This document shows, piece after piece, positions 13,601 to 45,074 of a stretch of DNA of 64,000 nt. Below the pieces are notes generated by a model. It worked only from the letters and a program-made list of their open reading frames with translations. It was not told where the DNA came from and ran no database searches. The stretch comes from Takakia lepidozioides. Taxonomy: Eukaryota > Plantae > Bryophyta. The position numbers and the translations under genes were made by a program. The stretch is taken from contig CM060733.1 in the NCBI GenBank assembly GCA_030704615.1, positions 29,326,001 to 29,390,000 on the forward strand. Reading direction: 5' to 3'. The first letter of the stretch is position 1. Every line of letters begins with the position of its first letter.

Positions 13601-14314
13601 ATCTTAAGCCCAAACATGGTAGTCTTACCCCTCCCTCAAGGTATCAAAATCTCCTCTCTGATACTATCCCTGACCTCCTTGAATGCTTGTACTTCCCTCA
13701 TGCAAAAACCCAGCCCCTCTACAGGAGTTAGAAAAAGGAACTAAACACTTCGTGTGCTCAAGAAGCAACTGCTTTGAGATAACTCAACAATATATTTCCA
13801 TCACGAAATTTGATGCAGAATTTGGAGAGCTGGCATAATTAAGGGCCAGCCCTGGTGGGCTCCTCCTAACTACTATCTCATAGGCTTATGGTGCTATATT
13901 TACACCCCAACAACAAAGTAAAAGATTTTGTGGCTTTCAGGAAAGCTTGAAAGGCAAAGTGCTCAAATGACAGACTAATGGCATAAACCTTCCCGAAGAC
14001 TGTCTGAAAAAACATCTGGGCCTCCACAGTACCCTCCTTGCATACCATATCCTCTTCCAACACAATTCTGATGTTAATTCATTGCAAAGGAAAAGTTTCA
14101 TATCCTTCTAATAAAGGAAATTATTGGATCTTCCTTTCGGAGACGAGAAAGAGAGAGAAAGGTAGAGAGAACGAACCATGATATCCATGTGCAGCCAGTC
14201 CGCACCACATTCTTCCATGAACTTGGCCTCCGAAGCAAGATTAGCGAAGTCGGATGACAGCATCGAGGGCGATATTTTGGGAGCTGGGAAACCCACATGA
14301 GCATCCTGCCCCAT
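10623..14314 (-). CDS. RPE: Ribulose-phosphate 3-epimerase, cytosolic type (8 exons)
   Basis: Exons 14314-14177, 13096-13092 (5-nt microexon), 12737-12675, 12548-12442, 12164-12067, 11941-11849, 11122-11081 and 10790-10623. All introns are GT-AG and phase-compatible. Motifs: [62 protein letters not shown]. No transit peptide. Confidence 0.95.
11395..11473. repeat. Inverted repeat (hairpin/MITE remnant) in an RPE intron
   Basis: GCCGCTACAGGCTGTATCCGGGGGCT versus the reverse complement of AGCCACCCGGATACAGCCCGTAGTGGC: about 26 bp with 2 mismatches and 1 indel. Confidence 0.6.
13145..13245 (-). mobile_element. LINE 3'-end remnant, same family as the element at 25637-26722
   Basis: AGATTGTACTCATAAG..GTTTGCCATAGCCTTGTGG..ACCCTGTGCCC aligns by eye with 25637-25740. 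Confidence 0.65.
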
Positions 14315-14587
14315 CGGTTCACCCCTTGTTTCCTTGCCTCTTTCCAGTCTCACCTTCAACGTACAGATTCTCACCTCCTTACTGAAGCTCCGCTGGATAT
14401 TTTGCAGTCCTCCTTCCCACAGAAAAGACTTCGAAGGAGCGCAGTGCAGCGTAGCGCTTCCCTTCCGGAGGATGAGCTTTCCTTCTAAATTTGATGGATG
14501 GATCCATCCACCTTTACACGCCAAAATTACCTGCACGAAGATACTTTAATATACATATTCAATTGAACCGGAGGAACGGAACAGTCA

Positions 14588-14870
14588 GGGCCGGGCCCGG
14601 CCCCAGACTAAGGTAGAAACAAGAAATTTTATTCAAATGGGCCAAGCGGTTTACACAAGGGTCCGTGCCCAAGACCACGAAAATGACATGGTTATCTACA
14701 TGGCATGATTTATGGCGCCAAACTCTTGGGCCCGCCCAATAAAAGGAACTCTCCTGCGATCGAGACCAAACTCTTTCCTTTGGGCCCAAGAGATAGAAGA
14801 CTCCGGCCGAAGTCGACGTAACTAAGAGCCACTTCACGCTATGGCTATGCCCCATTTTTGGGGTGGGCCC
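14588..14870 (-). promoter_or_regulatory. Cluster of site II-like (TGGGCY/GGCCCA) motifs upstream of RPE
   Basis: Several TGGGCC/GGCCCA hexamers 270-560 bp upstream of the RPE start codon, as is common in plant housekeeping promoters. Confidence 0.4.
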
Positions 14871-15198
14871 TTACCATTAAGATATATTTTCTTAAGCCTA
14901 TCACAGCTGTAGGATGGAAACAGGTCATAGAAGGGGTTGTACGCAGGTAGAGACCAGTGTTGGGCGGTTACCCGCCTGGCCCCGGGTAACCGCCAGTTCC
15001 GGTTATGTGGAACCGGACCCGCCTGTGCAGACCTGGAACCGGAAATTGGGGATTGTGTGGGAACCGGAACCGGCGGTTCCAGCTACGACCACATGTGTGG
15101 GAACCGGGTTTGGGGTTTAGGGTTCCGGTTCCGGTTCCGGTTCCACCCGTGGGCTGTAGCCCTAAGTGTCTCTAGTCTCTACGTCTCTACGTCCCCAG

Positions 15199-17013
15199 AA
15201 CGCGGTCCGAGCTTGGATTGGCATTCGGCCCCCACAGTGGGACGACCGTCTCGCAGGTTACGCACACTGGCGGGCCGTTGAAAGACGAGAGTATGGCGAT
15301 TGCCAACTCCAGCACTCGGGAGGGCCATACGGAGAAAACATTTTCTGGGGATCAGGCAAGAGTTGGCAGCCTTCGGACGCTGCGAATGAATGGGTGAATG
15401 AGGGGAAATGGTACGACTATTCCAGGTGCTCATTACATTGATCCAATTCTCCTTCCAAATGGCTCTTGCAATCTGAGAATCCCTCCGGCATGTCTCTGTT
15501 GCTTGGTACTACCCTCAGGTAGCTTGGTGGGAGGGTACAGATCTGTAATTGCTGCCCATTTGTCCCCTTCCTTGGAATAATGATCATCAACTCTTGTGCA
15601 GCCAGCAGGGTTCACAAGCTTTGGCTCACATGAAACATCTTTCCCTATTTGATTTTCCAGCTCCATGTTGCCATCCTGGCTTCCTTGTCCTTGCTTAGAT
15701 TCTTCATGGGACATACTCCCCTTTATGGTTGGATCATGCAAAAAGATCTTTTCCTCAACCCTGCCTTCTTTGTCAAATCTTTTCGTTTGGTGTTCACTAT
15801 GGTGTTCAGCCAGCAGGGTTCACAAGCTTTGGCTCACATGAAACATCTTTCCCTATTTGATTTTCCAGCTCCATGTTGCCATCCTGGCTTCCTTGTCCTT
15901 GCTTAGATTCTTCATGGGACATACTCCCCTTTATGGTTGGATCATGCAAAAAGATCTTTTCCTCAACCCTGCCTTCTTTGTCAAATCTTTTCGTTTGGTG
16001 TTCACTATGGTGTTCAGCCAGCAGGGTTCACAAGCTTTGGCTCACATGAAACATCTTTCCCTATTTGATTTTCCAGCTCCATGTTGCCATCCTGGCTTCC
16101 TTGTCCTTGCTTAGATTCTTCATGGGACATACTCCCCTTTATGGTTGGATCATGCAAAAAGATCTTTTCCTCAACCCTGCCTTCTTTGTCAAATCTTTTC
16201 GTTTGGTGTTCACTATGATGCCTTGACTCCTTGGCCTGAGGACTGCTTCTCCACTGTGATATAGTCAATTCATCAATCAACACCATATCTGCCAGTTCCT
16301 CTAGTGGTTTGGCTGTGTCACAATCAAATCGTAGGCCGCAGGGTAGTCGCACTCTTGATGGCTGATACTCAATGTCATCTTGATTTGTGTCTTGTTCTAA
16401 ATGCACACCCGTAGATGGCCTTGGGATTTGCACAGGAGCTTGTAATCGAGGTGGGCACTCTTCATTGATGCCTGTTTGATTCTCTGTTGAACAAATGATA
16501 TCTGCCAGGATTGCTTCTTCCATATCACAAAACACATCTACAATTTTTGTGGCAAGGGTACTCACATTCGTGAACTCCATCATTCTGCTGCTCCCTGACC
16601 CATTTTGTCCCAACATTTCACAGCATGAAAGTTTCATTTCACATGTTTTCGCTTGGAGCCCCAACCGGTGATTCCTTTCACTTCAGATCTGAGTTTGACT
16701 CGATGGACATGTAGTGCGATGCTCCTCTTGCTAACCTGTGTTGTTCAATTTAAGACCTTCAGGATACATTGCAGAGACTTCGCTTGTTGGTGACTTCACC
16801 CTAAAACAACTCGGTGTAGTACTTCAGTGATCTGCTCCTGACTTAACTCCAATTCTTGCTTCTACTACAGAGCCTGTGGGCATTACACTCAAATCGTCTG
16901 GCGCAGAACTACTAGGGTGGGATGTGCGAGACAAAGTGTGTAGTGACGGCAACATCTTCATGACCTGCAACTACTACCCGCCTGGTAACTGGGTGGGGCA
17001 GAGGCCTTACTAG
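15199..17013 (+). pseudogene. PR-1 (CAP/SCP) gene fragment captured in the hAT, split into 15199-15426 and 16872-17013
   Basis: The 5' part reads WDDRLAGYA..GDCQLQHSGGPYGENIFWGSG..WVNEGKWYDY. The 3' part reads [40 protein letters not shown] with a frameshift. No signal peptide or start is present. Confidence 0.85.
15599..16217. repeat. Tandem triplication of a 208-bp unit
   Basis: Units start at 15599, 15807 and 16015 (CAGCCAGCAGGGTTCACAAGC...) and appear identical. Confidence 0.95.
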
Positions 17014-17334
17014 GCAGCTGCAAGAAGTGTAATCTTTCTCTTTCTCTTCAGGACTCTCTCTTCCGATCAACATAATAACCACATTGCCTCACACATCTAT
17101 GCCATATTGTATACTGCAATCCTTCATTGGGCCGGCCTTGTGTGATCTATCTCCAGGGAGAGCGACCTCCGACCTGATATCCATGATGTTACAGACTCCC
17201 GTGTTTGGGCTTAGAGTTATCAAGCGGAGCTGTAACACGAGTTCTTCAACTTTAGCCTCAGTGTAATCTGTGCTGAGCGCCAATCCTGGACCCCAGGTGG
17301 TGCGAACTTCGTCGTAAGAATGACATATACGATG

Positions 17335-17757
17335 GGTGCAGGCCCGGCCGGTTTGGGGGCAGCAATTAGACTAAAGCAACTGTGCATAGAGAAGGGCACT
17401 GATCTGTCTGTGTGCGTGGTTGAGAAGGGTGTTGAAGTTGGTCAGCTCTCTGCCCCTCTCTTGTACGGTGCTTAGTTGTACAATTTGGATGACAGCCAGG
17501 CTAGCTTTGGATGACCAATTTGTACTTTTGCAGCACATAATGGATAGCAAGTTGGTTGGGGCGTAATGACAGTAGGTTGCTTCCTTGCCTCAGTGTCTAT
17601 TGCCATGATCAATGTTGTTCATCGTGCAACAGAGATTTATACAGAATCTCGGCGCCTGACTGTTCCTGTATATGTGGCAGGTGCACACATACTTTCGGGA
17701 AATGTGTTTGAACCACGGGCACTCAGTGAGCTCTTTCCAGATTGGAAGGATCAAGGC
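17335..17757 (+). pseudogene. ETFQO: Electron transfer flavoprotein-ubiquinone oxidoreductase fragment (two exons plus intron) captured in the hAT
   Basis: Exon 17335-17440 encodes GAGPAGLGAAIRLKQLCIEKGTDLSVCVVEKGVEV. GT-AG intron at 17441-17680. Exon 17681-17757 encodes GAHILSGNVFEPRALSELFPDWK. These are the N-terminal FAD-binding signatures of ETF-QO. Confidence 0.88.
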
Positions 17758-17779
17758 GTATGTCCTCAGTCCATACTTA

Positions 17780-19583
17780 TGAAAACTGAGAGGGAAAATG
17801 AAGGACCTGAGAAGGCCCGTAGGCCAGCCAAAAAGAGGCTCGGCCCCACTCCTGGAAACATAGCTTCTTTTTTTAGGAGCTCCACTCCATACAACCAAAA
17901 TGATGATCAACAGAAGCAGTTCAATGAGGATTTAGTCTTATTCATTGCAAAGGAGTTGGTTCCACTGTCTTTGGTAGAATCCCCTTGGCTAAGAAGGATG
18001 GTGTTGAGGCAAAATCCTCGGATTGTTTTCCCTTCTTGACGGACATTTGTGAATGAGGCCATTCCAATCTTGGCAGAGAAGACGAAAGAGCGCTACATGT
18101 CCCCATCTCTTCAGAGTTGTGCTACTTGCTCCGTGAGTTTTGATTTGTGGATGTCAAGAGGGGGAACTGACACTTTTGTCATCATAACGCACTTTATTAA
18201 TGAACAATGGGAGCAATGTCATGTGACTCTTGGCATGTTTGAGACACCTGACACATCTGGGGCTGCCATGGCACATCAAGTCAACAATCTTCTTGTGAAG
18301 TATGGCCTCAATACTCGCATTATTGCTTACGTCAAAGATGAGGGAGGTAACTTGGCCACTTTGATCAATGCTTTGAATTCGGTGGTCTCATGTGCGTGTT
18401 TGGGGTTGGATTCTCCATTTGTGGGTAGCTGTTTTGGGCATGCAATGTCCAAGTGTTGCCAGTATGCAACAAATGATGCAAAAGTATGCGCAGATATGAG
18501 ATCGGTTTCTATAAAAAAATGCCCAATCAGAGTTGCAAAAAACCATTACTTGGACCAAAAAAAGTGGCAAAGGGAGACGAGAATGGGCAAAGGCATGTGT
18601 GGACAGCGGCATTCATCCCCACAAACTGAAGACTCCGGTGAAGACACGGTTTGCTTCCAAGGTGATCATCTTCCAAGAGACTTTGGAGTTTAGGCAAGCC
18701 ATAATCACTTGTTACTCTAGGCAAACCTCATTGGCACTGCAGTCCACAAGTGTGGGCCATTGCCCAATCAATTTCTACAGTTCCAGGGCCTGTGGTTCAT
18801 GAGTGCATTATGAATCAATCTGGGGGATTTTGGTTGTTGTCCGATGCTCTTAATGCAGCCATTGCCACAACAATTCGCATGCGAGGAAGTAGTGCTGGGG
18901 GGGCTACAACTGTGGATCATTGCATGGGGGATTTCTCAACAGAGTTGACATTGTTGGAATGGCGGATGGTTCGAGAGGTGGTATATGTCTTGGAACCATT
19001 TCTTTCTTTTTTGGAAGGGTTTCAATCGCGCAAAGCTCACAATATGCTCGCGCTTATGCTTGACCCACGTTACAAGGGGTTGTCATTGGTATCACAATAT
19101 GTGGGCAAAGAGTGTGCTTTGCATATTGTGTCCCAATATGATAGTATGGTGTTAGAGCCTCTTTTGGTAAAGTGTTTCAAGGTCTTACATCCGAATACTC
19201 CGGCCCAATCACAGCCCACTTCCACAATGGACGAGATGTCCTTATTTGGTGTGCATGACCACAATGAAGACATGACATTGACAGTGGTGAGAGAACAACT
19301 ATCACATTTCAGAAGGACGAAGATAAATGAGGGTGAGTGCGTGGCTCCTTTGAAATGGTGGAAAGAACACGAGTCTCTCTTTCCGTATGTGGGATTTTTG
19401 GCACGGCTAATTTTGGGCATAGTTGGATCTCAGATTGAAGCTGAGAGGGTTTTTAGTATTGCAGGTGTCATAACAAACTTGAGACGGTGCAGGTTAAAAA
19501 TTGAAAACCTTGATATGCTTGTGAGTGTAGTCAAGAATTGGCCAAATGATGCTAGAGTTGGTTGCTTTAGTACTTTGTCTTAG
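17780..19583 (+). pseudogene. hAT transposase, disrupted (stop at 18037, frameshifts near 18520 and 18745)
   Basis: Catalytic motifs SFDLWMS, VKDEGGNL, CFGH and TPVKTRFAS, then LMLDPRYK, and the dimerisation domain PLKWWK..LARLILGI.GSQIEAERVFS. Confidence 0.92.
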
Positions 19584-22047
19584 AGACAAATTATTGTTCA
19601 ACATATTACATTATACTCCTTTGATTGGAGTTTGTTTATTTGTCATTTTTATTGAAAATTTCAGTGACATCCCGTGTACTTAGTTTGTTGTATGCTATAT
19701 TGACAAAGCATCATCCAAAAAACACAAATTTATGTAGTTTTTTTTAGTTGTGCTTTTGCTGCACCATAAAAGGTAACCATAGAATTACACATGTTTAATT
19801 TGTTTTGTATTTTGAATTAAGATCCTTATGTAGTTAGTTTGTTTTAGTTGTTCTTTGCTACACCGTACGACAACTTATAAAATCTCTGGTTTTCCGTTTT
19901 TAATGGAGACCATGCGTATATAACTAGTTATATATACCATAAAAGACAATCACAAAAAACATATAAGTTTATTTACTTCTGTTTTACTAATAAATTCCCT
20001 GGTTTTAGTTGAAAATTCTCAGTATGACCAATCAGATCAGTTCATCTAATTTTCCAGAAGAATAAAAAATTAAAAGAATTTAATATATTTTTAAAAAAGA
20101 ACCGGAACCTAACCGGAACCGGTGTTTTTTTTCCAGCAACTAACCGGTAACCGGAACCGCCCCCATGTTAAAAAGTCAGAACCTGAACCGGACCGGAACC
20201 GCCTTAATAAAAAATAACCGGATCCGGATCTGGAACCGTCTCTTCAAAAATTTGTGGAACCGGAACCGAAGGTTCCTTCACAAAGGCAAGAACCGCCCAA
20301 CACTAGTAGAGACTGTCCACAGCCAGCTCGCGGCAAGCACTCAACGCAAGTTCTGGCCGTAGAATCATCAGCCCTCTCTATCTCTTGGACCTCCTCCTTC
20401 CATGATGAACACAAACATCATCAACAATCCAGCAAATTGCTCGTTTATAAGTTGTTGCAATGCCAAAATGGTTGTAAGCACGCCCTTGTAGGCCATGAAG
20501 AGGACCAAGGCCACAAGAATATTATGCCTTCTTGCTTCCATAGTTTAGGGATACACGATTTGATGGGAGACAATCGTGTGTGAAGCGTAGAAGACAAAAA
20601 ATGAAAGAAGGGTGAGAGTGGTTGATATTGGTATAAGTTGAGCCCAATAGGTTTACACGAAGAAGGCCCAATTCCTTGAAAATTATATTTTAATCAGTTC
20701 ATTCAGCCCAATTGTGGGCCCCAAAGCTCTAGTCTTGGGCCCCGGCCCTTGTGTGAACGGGCCCTCAATTGAAGTCATATTGAAAGGAAACAAGGAAAAG
20801 TAGGCTTGCTGTGCATTCCATGACGCTGCAAAGGGGGCCAACCCACACAGGGAGGACCAGAACAGAGAGATCATCACAGCCCACACACGGCAGTAAAACA
20901 GAACAAGAAACAGGAGATGTAGTTGCCTGTAGCATGCAGAGTTCAAGGAATCCACCAATATTCAAGAAGGTGACCCTAAGGCCATGTTCCCAGACAGCAA
21001 GTGTAAGAGTTGGATGCAGAGGAATGGCTATGGCGGTTGTGCGAGCCGTGTACTAGATTCTGCGGGACCCACTGCTGGCTTTGTCTCACTCGTCAATGCT
21101 AACCACCCACCTCGCCATGATTTCTGCGGAGCATGCATTGTGTATTTCTGTGTGTGCTCTGTGGGTCTTTTTGTCGTGCATCAGATCGCATGGACCTAAG
21201 AGTCATCAGCAGAAGTTGGTCATCTGTTTCATTTTGGTTTATTCACTCACTCTTGCTCTCTGCTTGCAATGCAGCATGCGCCGGAGGAAGGAGAATCGTT
21301 GATGTATCTGATCCACAACCTTTTGCGTGATCGCTTTATGAGAGGGGCAGTTGGGTCTGATTGTTTGATCCATTAACAGGGCCGGTGACCGAGCCAATTG
21401 GGCAATTTTGAGAGAGAGAGTGAGAGAGAGAGCACTGTTGTGACATTGCAGGGCAACAAGATATTAAGGGGCGGAGTTAACTGTCAATCCTACTGCAGCA
21501 AATATGAAACTCTGACATAGCTCCATTTCGGCCGAACCTAGTTTGTGGGCTGGCCTAAAAGGTCCACATGCGACAAGAAAGCTGAATTGCGTGATCGAAG
21601 AACGTTAGAACTCAATGTTCTGCACCAGACTAAGAGAGAAAGGACCATTGTGGCAATCAAAGGGGTTGGGGAATCTGTGCCGAGCCCGATTGGTGTCACC
21701 ATGCATTGTATACCGTTGCAGACATGTACACTCTTCCTTCCTTCACAACGTATTACTGTCATATTGTTACATCCACAGAAGTCACAAACAAAGAGATAAA
21801 TAACGGAAGAAGAGCGGAAGAAAGGATGACAAAGAAGAAGTTAGAGATGGAGTACGACCAGAGGGCTAAAGAGCTACAAAAGAAAGACCAAAGAGCGTAC
21901 CACACCCCAAAAGTCGCCACGACCACTACACTAGTTGGAGGTGGGTCGTTACTTGTTCACTGATGCGTGAGAGAGACAAACCCTGAGATCGTCAATTACG
22001 AGAACAAAATGGATTTCTAAGTACATTATTTGGTACGATGTGCAGTG

Positions 22048-31713
<9,666 letters not shown>

Positions 31714-31898
31714 AACTAGGTTGCAATCACATCTCGTCAATGGTGCACCCTATTCCACTGGCAGGTGTTGAGTCTGCTGTTGCAGCCCCAGGTAACATCT
31801 AGCAACCCCACCACTTAACAGGCGCCAAATGCAAGACTGGGTAAAAAAGAATATTGCCACAAAATGCTAGGTGGATGTGTCTTGGCAAAGGTCTAGCC

Positions 31899-32521
31899 CA
31901 GTGTTGGACTGGTCTACAGGTTCTTACATTTGTGAAGGAACATTCAGCTCCAGTTCCACAATTATTTGAAGAGACGGTCCTGGATCCGGTTCCAGTTTTT
32001 TTCTATTGAGGCAATTCTGGTTCCAACTTTTAAAGCCGGGGGTGCTTCTGCTTACCTTGTTACCTGCCGGGAAAAAACACCGGTTCTGGTTAGGTTCCTG
32101 TTCTATTTTTAAGATATATTTTAATTATTGAAAATGTTTTAATAATTTCCATTAAATATATAATACCTTAAAAATTTGTTAAATTGTTACAGTATATATA
32201 TAGTGTGTGTGTGTGATTTGAGAAGCTGTCGCCTGCTCTCTCTGGAGCAGGGGGCGCCCTCGCAGCCTCATCACTCAGGCTGCCCACCACGACCTCATGT
32301 AGCCTGAGACACAGTGACCCACCCCACCGAGGGGTTTAACCTATACAGAACCCTGGGGAGCCCATGAACCCATGTGCAGCCCCGGCACACTCCTATCCTT
32401 CCCTGTCCTTGAACCCTGGTTCCGGATCTACAGTGGCGGCCTTGGCCTCAGTTCCTAAAACCGGAACCTGAACCGCCCCCCTTAACAAGTCCCATAAGCA
32501 GGTGGGGGGCGTCCGACATTG
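31899..32521. mobile_element. Possible non-autonomous hAT-like element
   Basis: Imperfect TIRs CAGTGTTGGAC and GTCCGACATTG, with AACCGG/CCGGTT subterminal motifs as in the hAT at 14955. No matching TSD. Confidence 0.4.
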
Positions 32522-33356
32522 GTATCAACACTCGGTATCAACACTCGAATAGGGAGCCCGGTGGTTGGGAGTTTGTGCCTTGCTTGTGCATAACCTAGGG
32601 TTCAAAGTGTAGTAGTCCCCAGTGGTCCCTCTGGATGAAGAGACACCATAATTTACGCTTCCTTCGGGAGGGGTCATCCTTCCTTCCTTTGGTGTCAACC
32701 AGACCAAGCTGGTATTCATTCTTGTTGCTAGGAATTGGATGCCCGGTTTTGGCACCTCCCATACCTAGGTCAGTATTCCAACTGCATTAGGGCCAAGAAA
32801 ATGAATTTGCACAAGGTATCAAGTATCAACCCTACGCATTTGTTTTTGCTTTGAGAGTTTAGGCTTCCTCTGGCCCTATAAAAGACATGAACTGTTTGAT
32901 GCAATGATTGAGTGGGGGGGTTGGTATCCTGTGTGTACGCTCAGGTGAGCACAACCCATGGGCATGGGAGTTTTATGGTTTTTAACCCCGGTCATAGGAG
33001 TTATATGTTTTCAAAACGGAATAAAACCATAAGCGGGTATAGTTTTTTCGTGCATTTGTACGGTACATCTGCGCCAATTCAGCGAGGGCGAAACCTTCAG
33101 TAGTGTAGCCAGAAACCCTAAACCTATAGTGGCGGCGGTGAATTTCGCATCGAGAAATGATGTGCTATGGGCACAAACTGAATTTCGCAGTGAGAAATGA
33201 TAGTTTAGGTGAATTTCGTATGGAGAAATCATATATGCTATGGGCACAAACTGAATTTCGCAGTGAGAAATGATATGTGACATGGGCACAAACCTAAGCA
33301 GCGGTGGGTTTCGCATTGTTCATCAGGTATAGGGGCTACTTGTTCTTTATGTGTAG

Positions 33357-33451
33357 GGTAAGCCTCCGGGATTACCGAAATGAGCCCCACCACGAGCGGT
33401 AGCCGAATGGCGGGGCGAGTGTAGGTAATCCCCCACACGAGGAGGCTTACC
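33357..33451. other. Nested multi-stem inverted repeat (potential structured RNA/DNA)
   Basis: GGTAAGCCTCC pairs with GGAGGCTTACC (11 bp), GGGATTACC with GGTAATCCC (9 bp), and GCCCCACCA with TGGCGGGGC (8/9). Confidence 0.6.
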
Positions 33452-34697
33452 GTGCGTGAAGAACGTGCAGGGAACGCTATAACTCACTGGCCAGCCTGGC
33501 GGGTAAATTATAGGATCGTGTAACTCATTGGCCACCCTGGCACGTAGAGTTAGAGGTTTAAGTCACTGGTTTCCCTTCCCTTCCATGTCAGTGCTCATTC
33601 TTTAGCTGTGACAGAGCTTATGGAGATCATCTCATGAATATGCTGGGGACTATGTTTTAGTCGCAGTTCAATCCCGCCTTGTAATAAATTTCCTGAAAGT
33701 TGGTCAAGTAGTATTCACTCCCTGGTTCCACTGCTTATCTCCGCTTCATCTGGAGTTATTTGCCAATACATCTGACGGCAGTCCTTGTTTCTAAGAAATC
33801 CTTAGCAAAACATGTTCTCAGGTTGGAAACCTGGAACTGGAAAGTACCCGCCACTTGTACTCCAGAAATTCCAGGGTAGTGATGTCTTAGTCTCCTCCTT
33901 GGTGAAAACATATGATGTCTGCTGCACAAATCAATCAACAAATGCTTTGGATACCTGCAGATGTATCTCCGTAGGAGATATTTTGCGTCCAAGAAGGCTG
34001 CAGGATCCGCATGGTGTCCATGCACATATTATAAATTGTGGTTTTGTAGGAAATGATATTTTGTCCTTTCCCCTCATGATCTCTATGAGTCAGTTTTGTC
34101 TGCCTTTTGACTCTCAGACAATCCCTTGTGAAATAGTGGGTTTTGGACTACTTGCGGCCCCTCTCTCTTTCTTGTTTCTTGCTTCCTCCTGTTCTTTGAC
34201 TTTGCCGCAGACATTACAAAGTACCATTTTCAATTCATCTCCCAGCTTGTAGCATGCACTATTTCAATTTCTGCTCTTGTAAATCTTCTTTCATCTGTCT
34301 GTTCATCAATTCAGCTGGATATAATTTATTTGAGTAACTAATGCACGTTGAAGATGAGACTTGATCAAGATATTAAGATTGCTTGCTAGTATCCTTGATA
34401 GTATCCTTTGTGATCAGATATGTTCTAATAATTAGCCACTAAGCCTCCTCTAACCTCAGAAGAGAGAATCACTTCCCAATTCCCAACTTCGGTGCTTCAG
34501 TACAAACAAGAGGACAATCCAAGACCTCATAATTATGTACTGTTCACGAATTTCTGCCAATATAATGATGGATGGAACGGCTCAAATTGTGTTCTCTACC
34601 AGCCATCGGGCAATATCTAACTGAGAAGCATCAGGCAATAACTTAGACAACCCACCTCCTGCTTGCCATCACCAGGAAAGGGGTATCAGGATCTTGC

Positions 34698-43924
<9,227 letters not shown>

Positions 43925-45074
43925 GGCGGTTGATCCGGCCCTTTAATTACGCAACTGCACACCACCTGTGCTCCTCAAGGGGAGATTCTGGCACCAAGGC
44001 AGCTAGACATTTCATCTGTCATTTCAATTGGAGGGCGGCACTGTCGCTAACCAGACAACAAGAATGCATGTCACCCATCTTCAAATGCAGTTCATACAAT
44101 TACTAACTTCACTTGTACAAATCGGTTCATCCATGATCTATGCATCTGGCGACGGCAACTCTCTCGCCAATGACAGCATGAAGTGAGAACAGCCCCAAAT
44201 TCTTGATCCACCTACCGTGGAAGCAACCTCATGAACCACTCTCCTTTTGGAAAGGCTCCTTCTCCAGCTCCCATAACAGCTGTACGCAGCCTAACAATCA
44301 GCTCCCCGCCCAACGTTTCCCCTCTCTCTCGCATATGAAAGACTGCGTTCCCGCTACCAAACTTGCAATACAGCGAGATTCCAGGCATCCTGCAGAGACG
44401 TCAGTAACCGTGCAAGTGCGATGCTGCCAGCATGAGATCATCAATCAGCTCACAACCCTTCTGCTGCACATACTCGAAAATCAAACCCAGGGCAGCGGAC
44501 AATCTATCCATGTGATTTCCACAAAAAATTCACCATCTCTTTCCAATCACAAGTTTGGAGGTAGAATCCGAGAGATTGCTTCGCATGATTCCCTTCAATC
44601 TCTATTCCCGCAGATCCATGATCGATTTGCGGGTTTTTTCTTCATGCATCGGCTGACCATGCAACCCAGAGTAGATGGGCCAGCCCGACAGCTCTGAATC
44701 TGAATCTGCCCAGCCCTGCTTTGGTGGCTTTCCGGGAGTCGGGATTTTTGGGGAACGAGACTGTCTTTTTTAACCCCTGATAAACCGCGGGACAGTTTTT
44801 TTCAGCATATCCGATCCGGCCATTTTCACCCTGCTACAGTAAATTAAATATCTCAGCGTGTGTTTTTCCCCTGTAACGTAGCCCGTCGATATGACAGGAA
44901 GCTGACACATAGAGTGGCCCCAGCTTATTCGCTTAATGACATCACCCGTGACCCGACCATTTGAAGGGTTGCCGGATTCCTGGCTGCCTACACTAACCAG
45001 CAGATATCCCTTCATGTACTTCCAAGTGATCCGGGGCAAATGATTATGTACCACAGCAATTCCTGGCATCACAC

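Larger units (their letters stand above)
14955..20305 (+). mobile_element. hAT DNA transposon with captured host gene fragments (Pack-hAT)
   Basis: TIRs CAGTGTTGGGCGGTT (14955) and AACCGCCCAACACTA (ending 20305). Perfect 8-bp TSD GTAGAGAC at 14947-14954 and 20306-20313. Dense subterminal AACCGG repeats at both ends and an internal hAT transposase. Confidence 0.93.

Noticed and set aside
33112-33130. AAACCCTAAACC as a telomerase RNA template
   Set aside because: It is a common telo-box motif. No USE/TATA Pol III promoter or pseudoknot was recognised.
33600-34400. Decayed coding-like sequence on the minus strand
   Set aside because: Multiple stops and no recognisable family.
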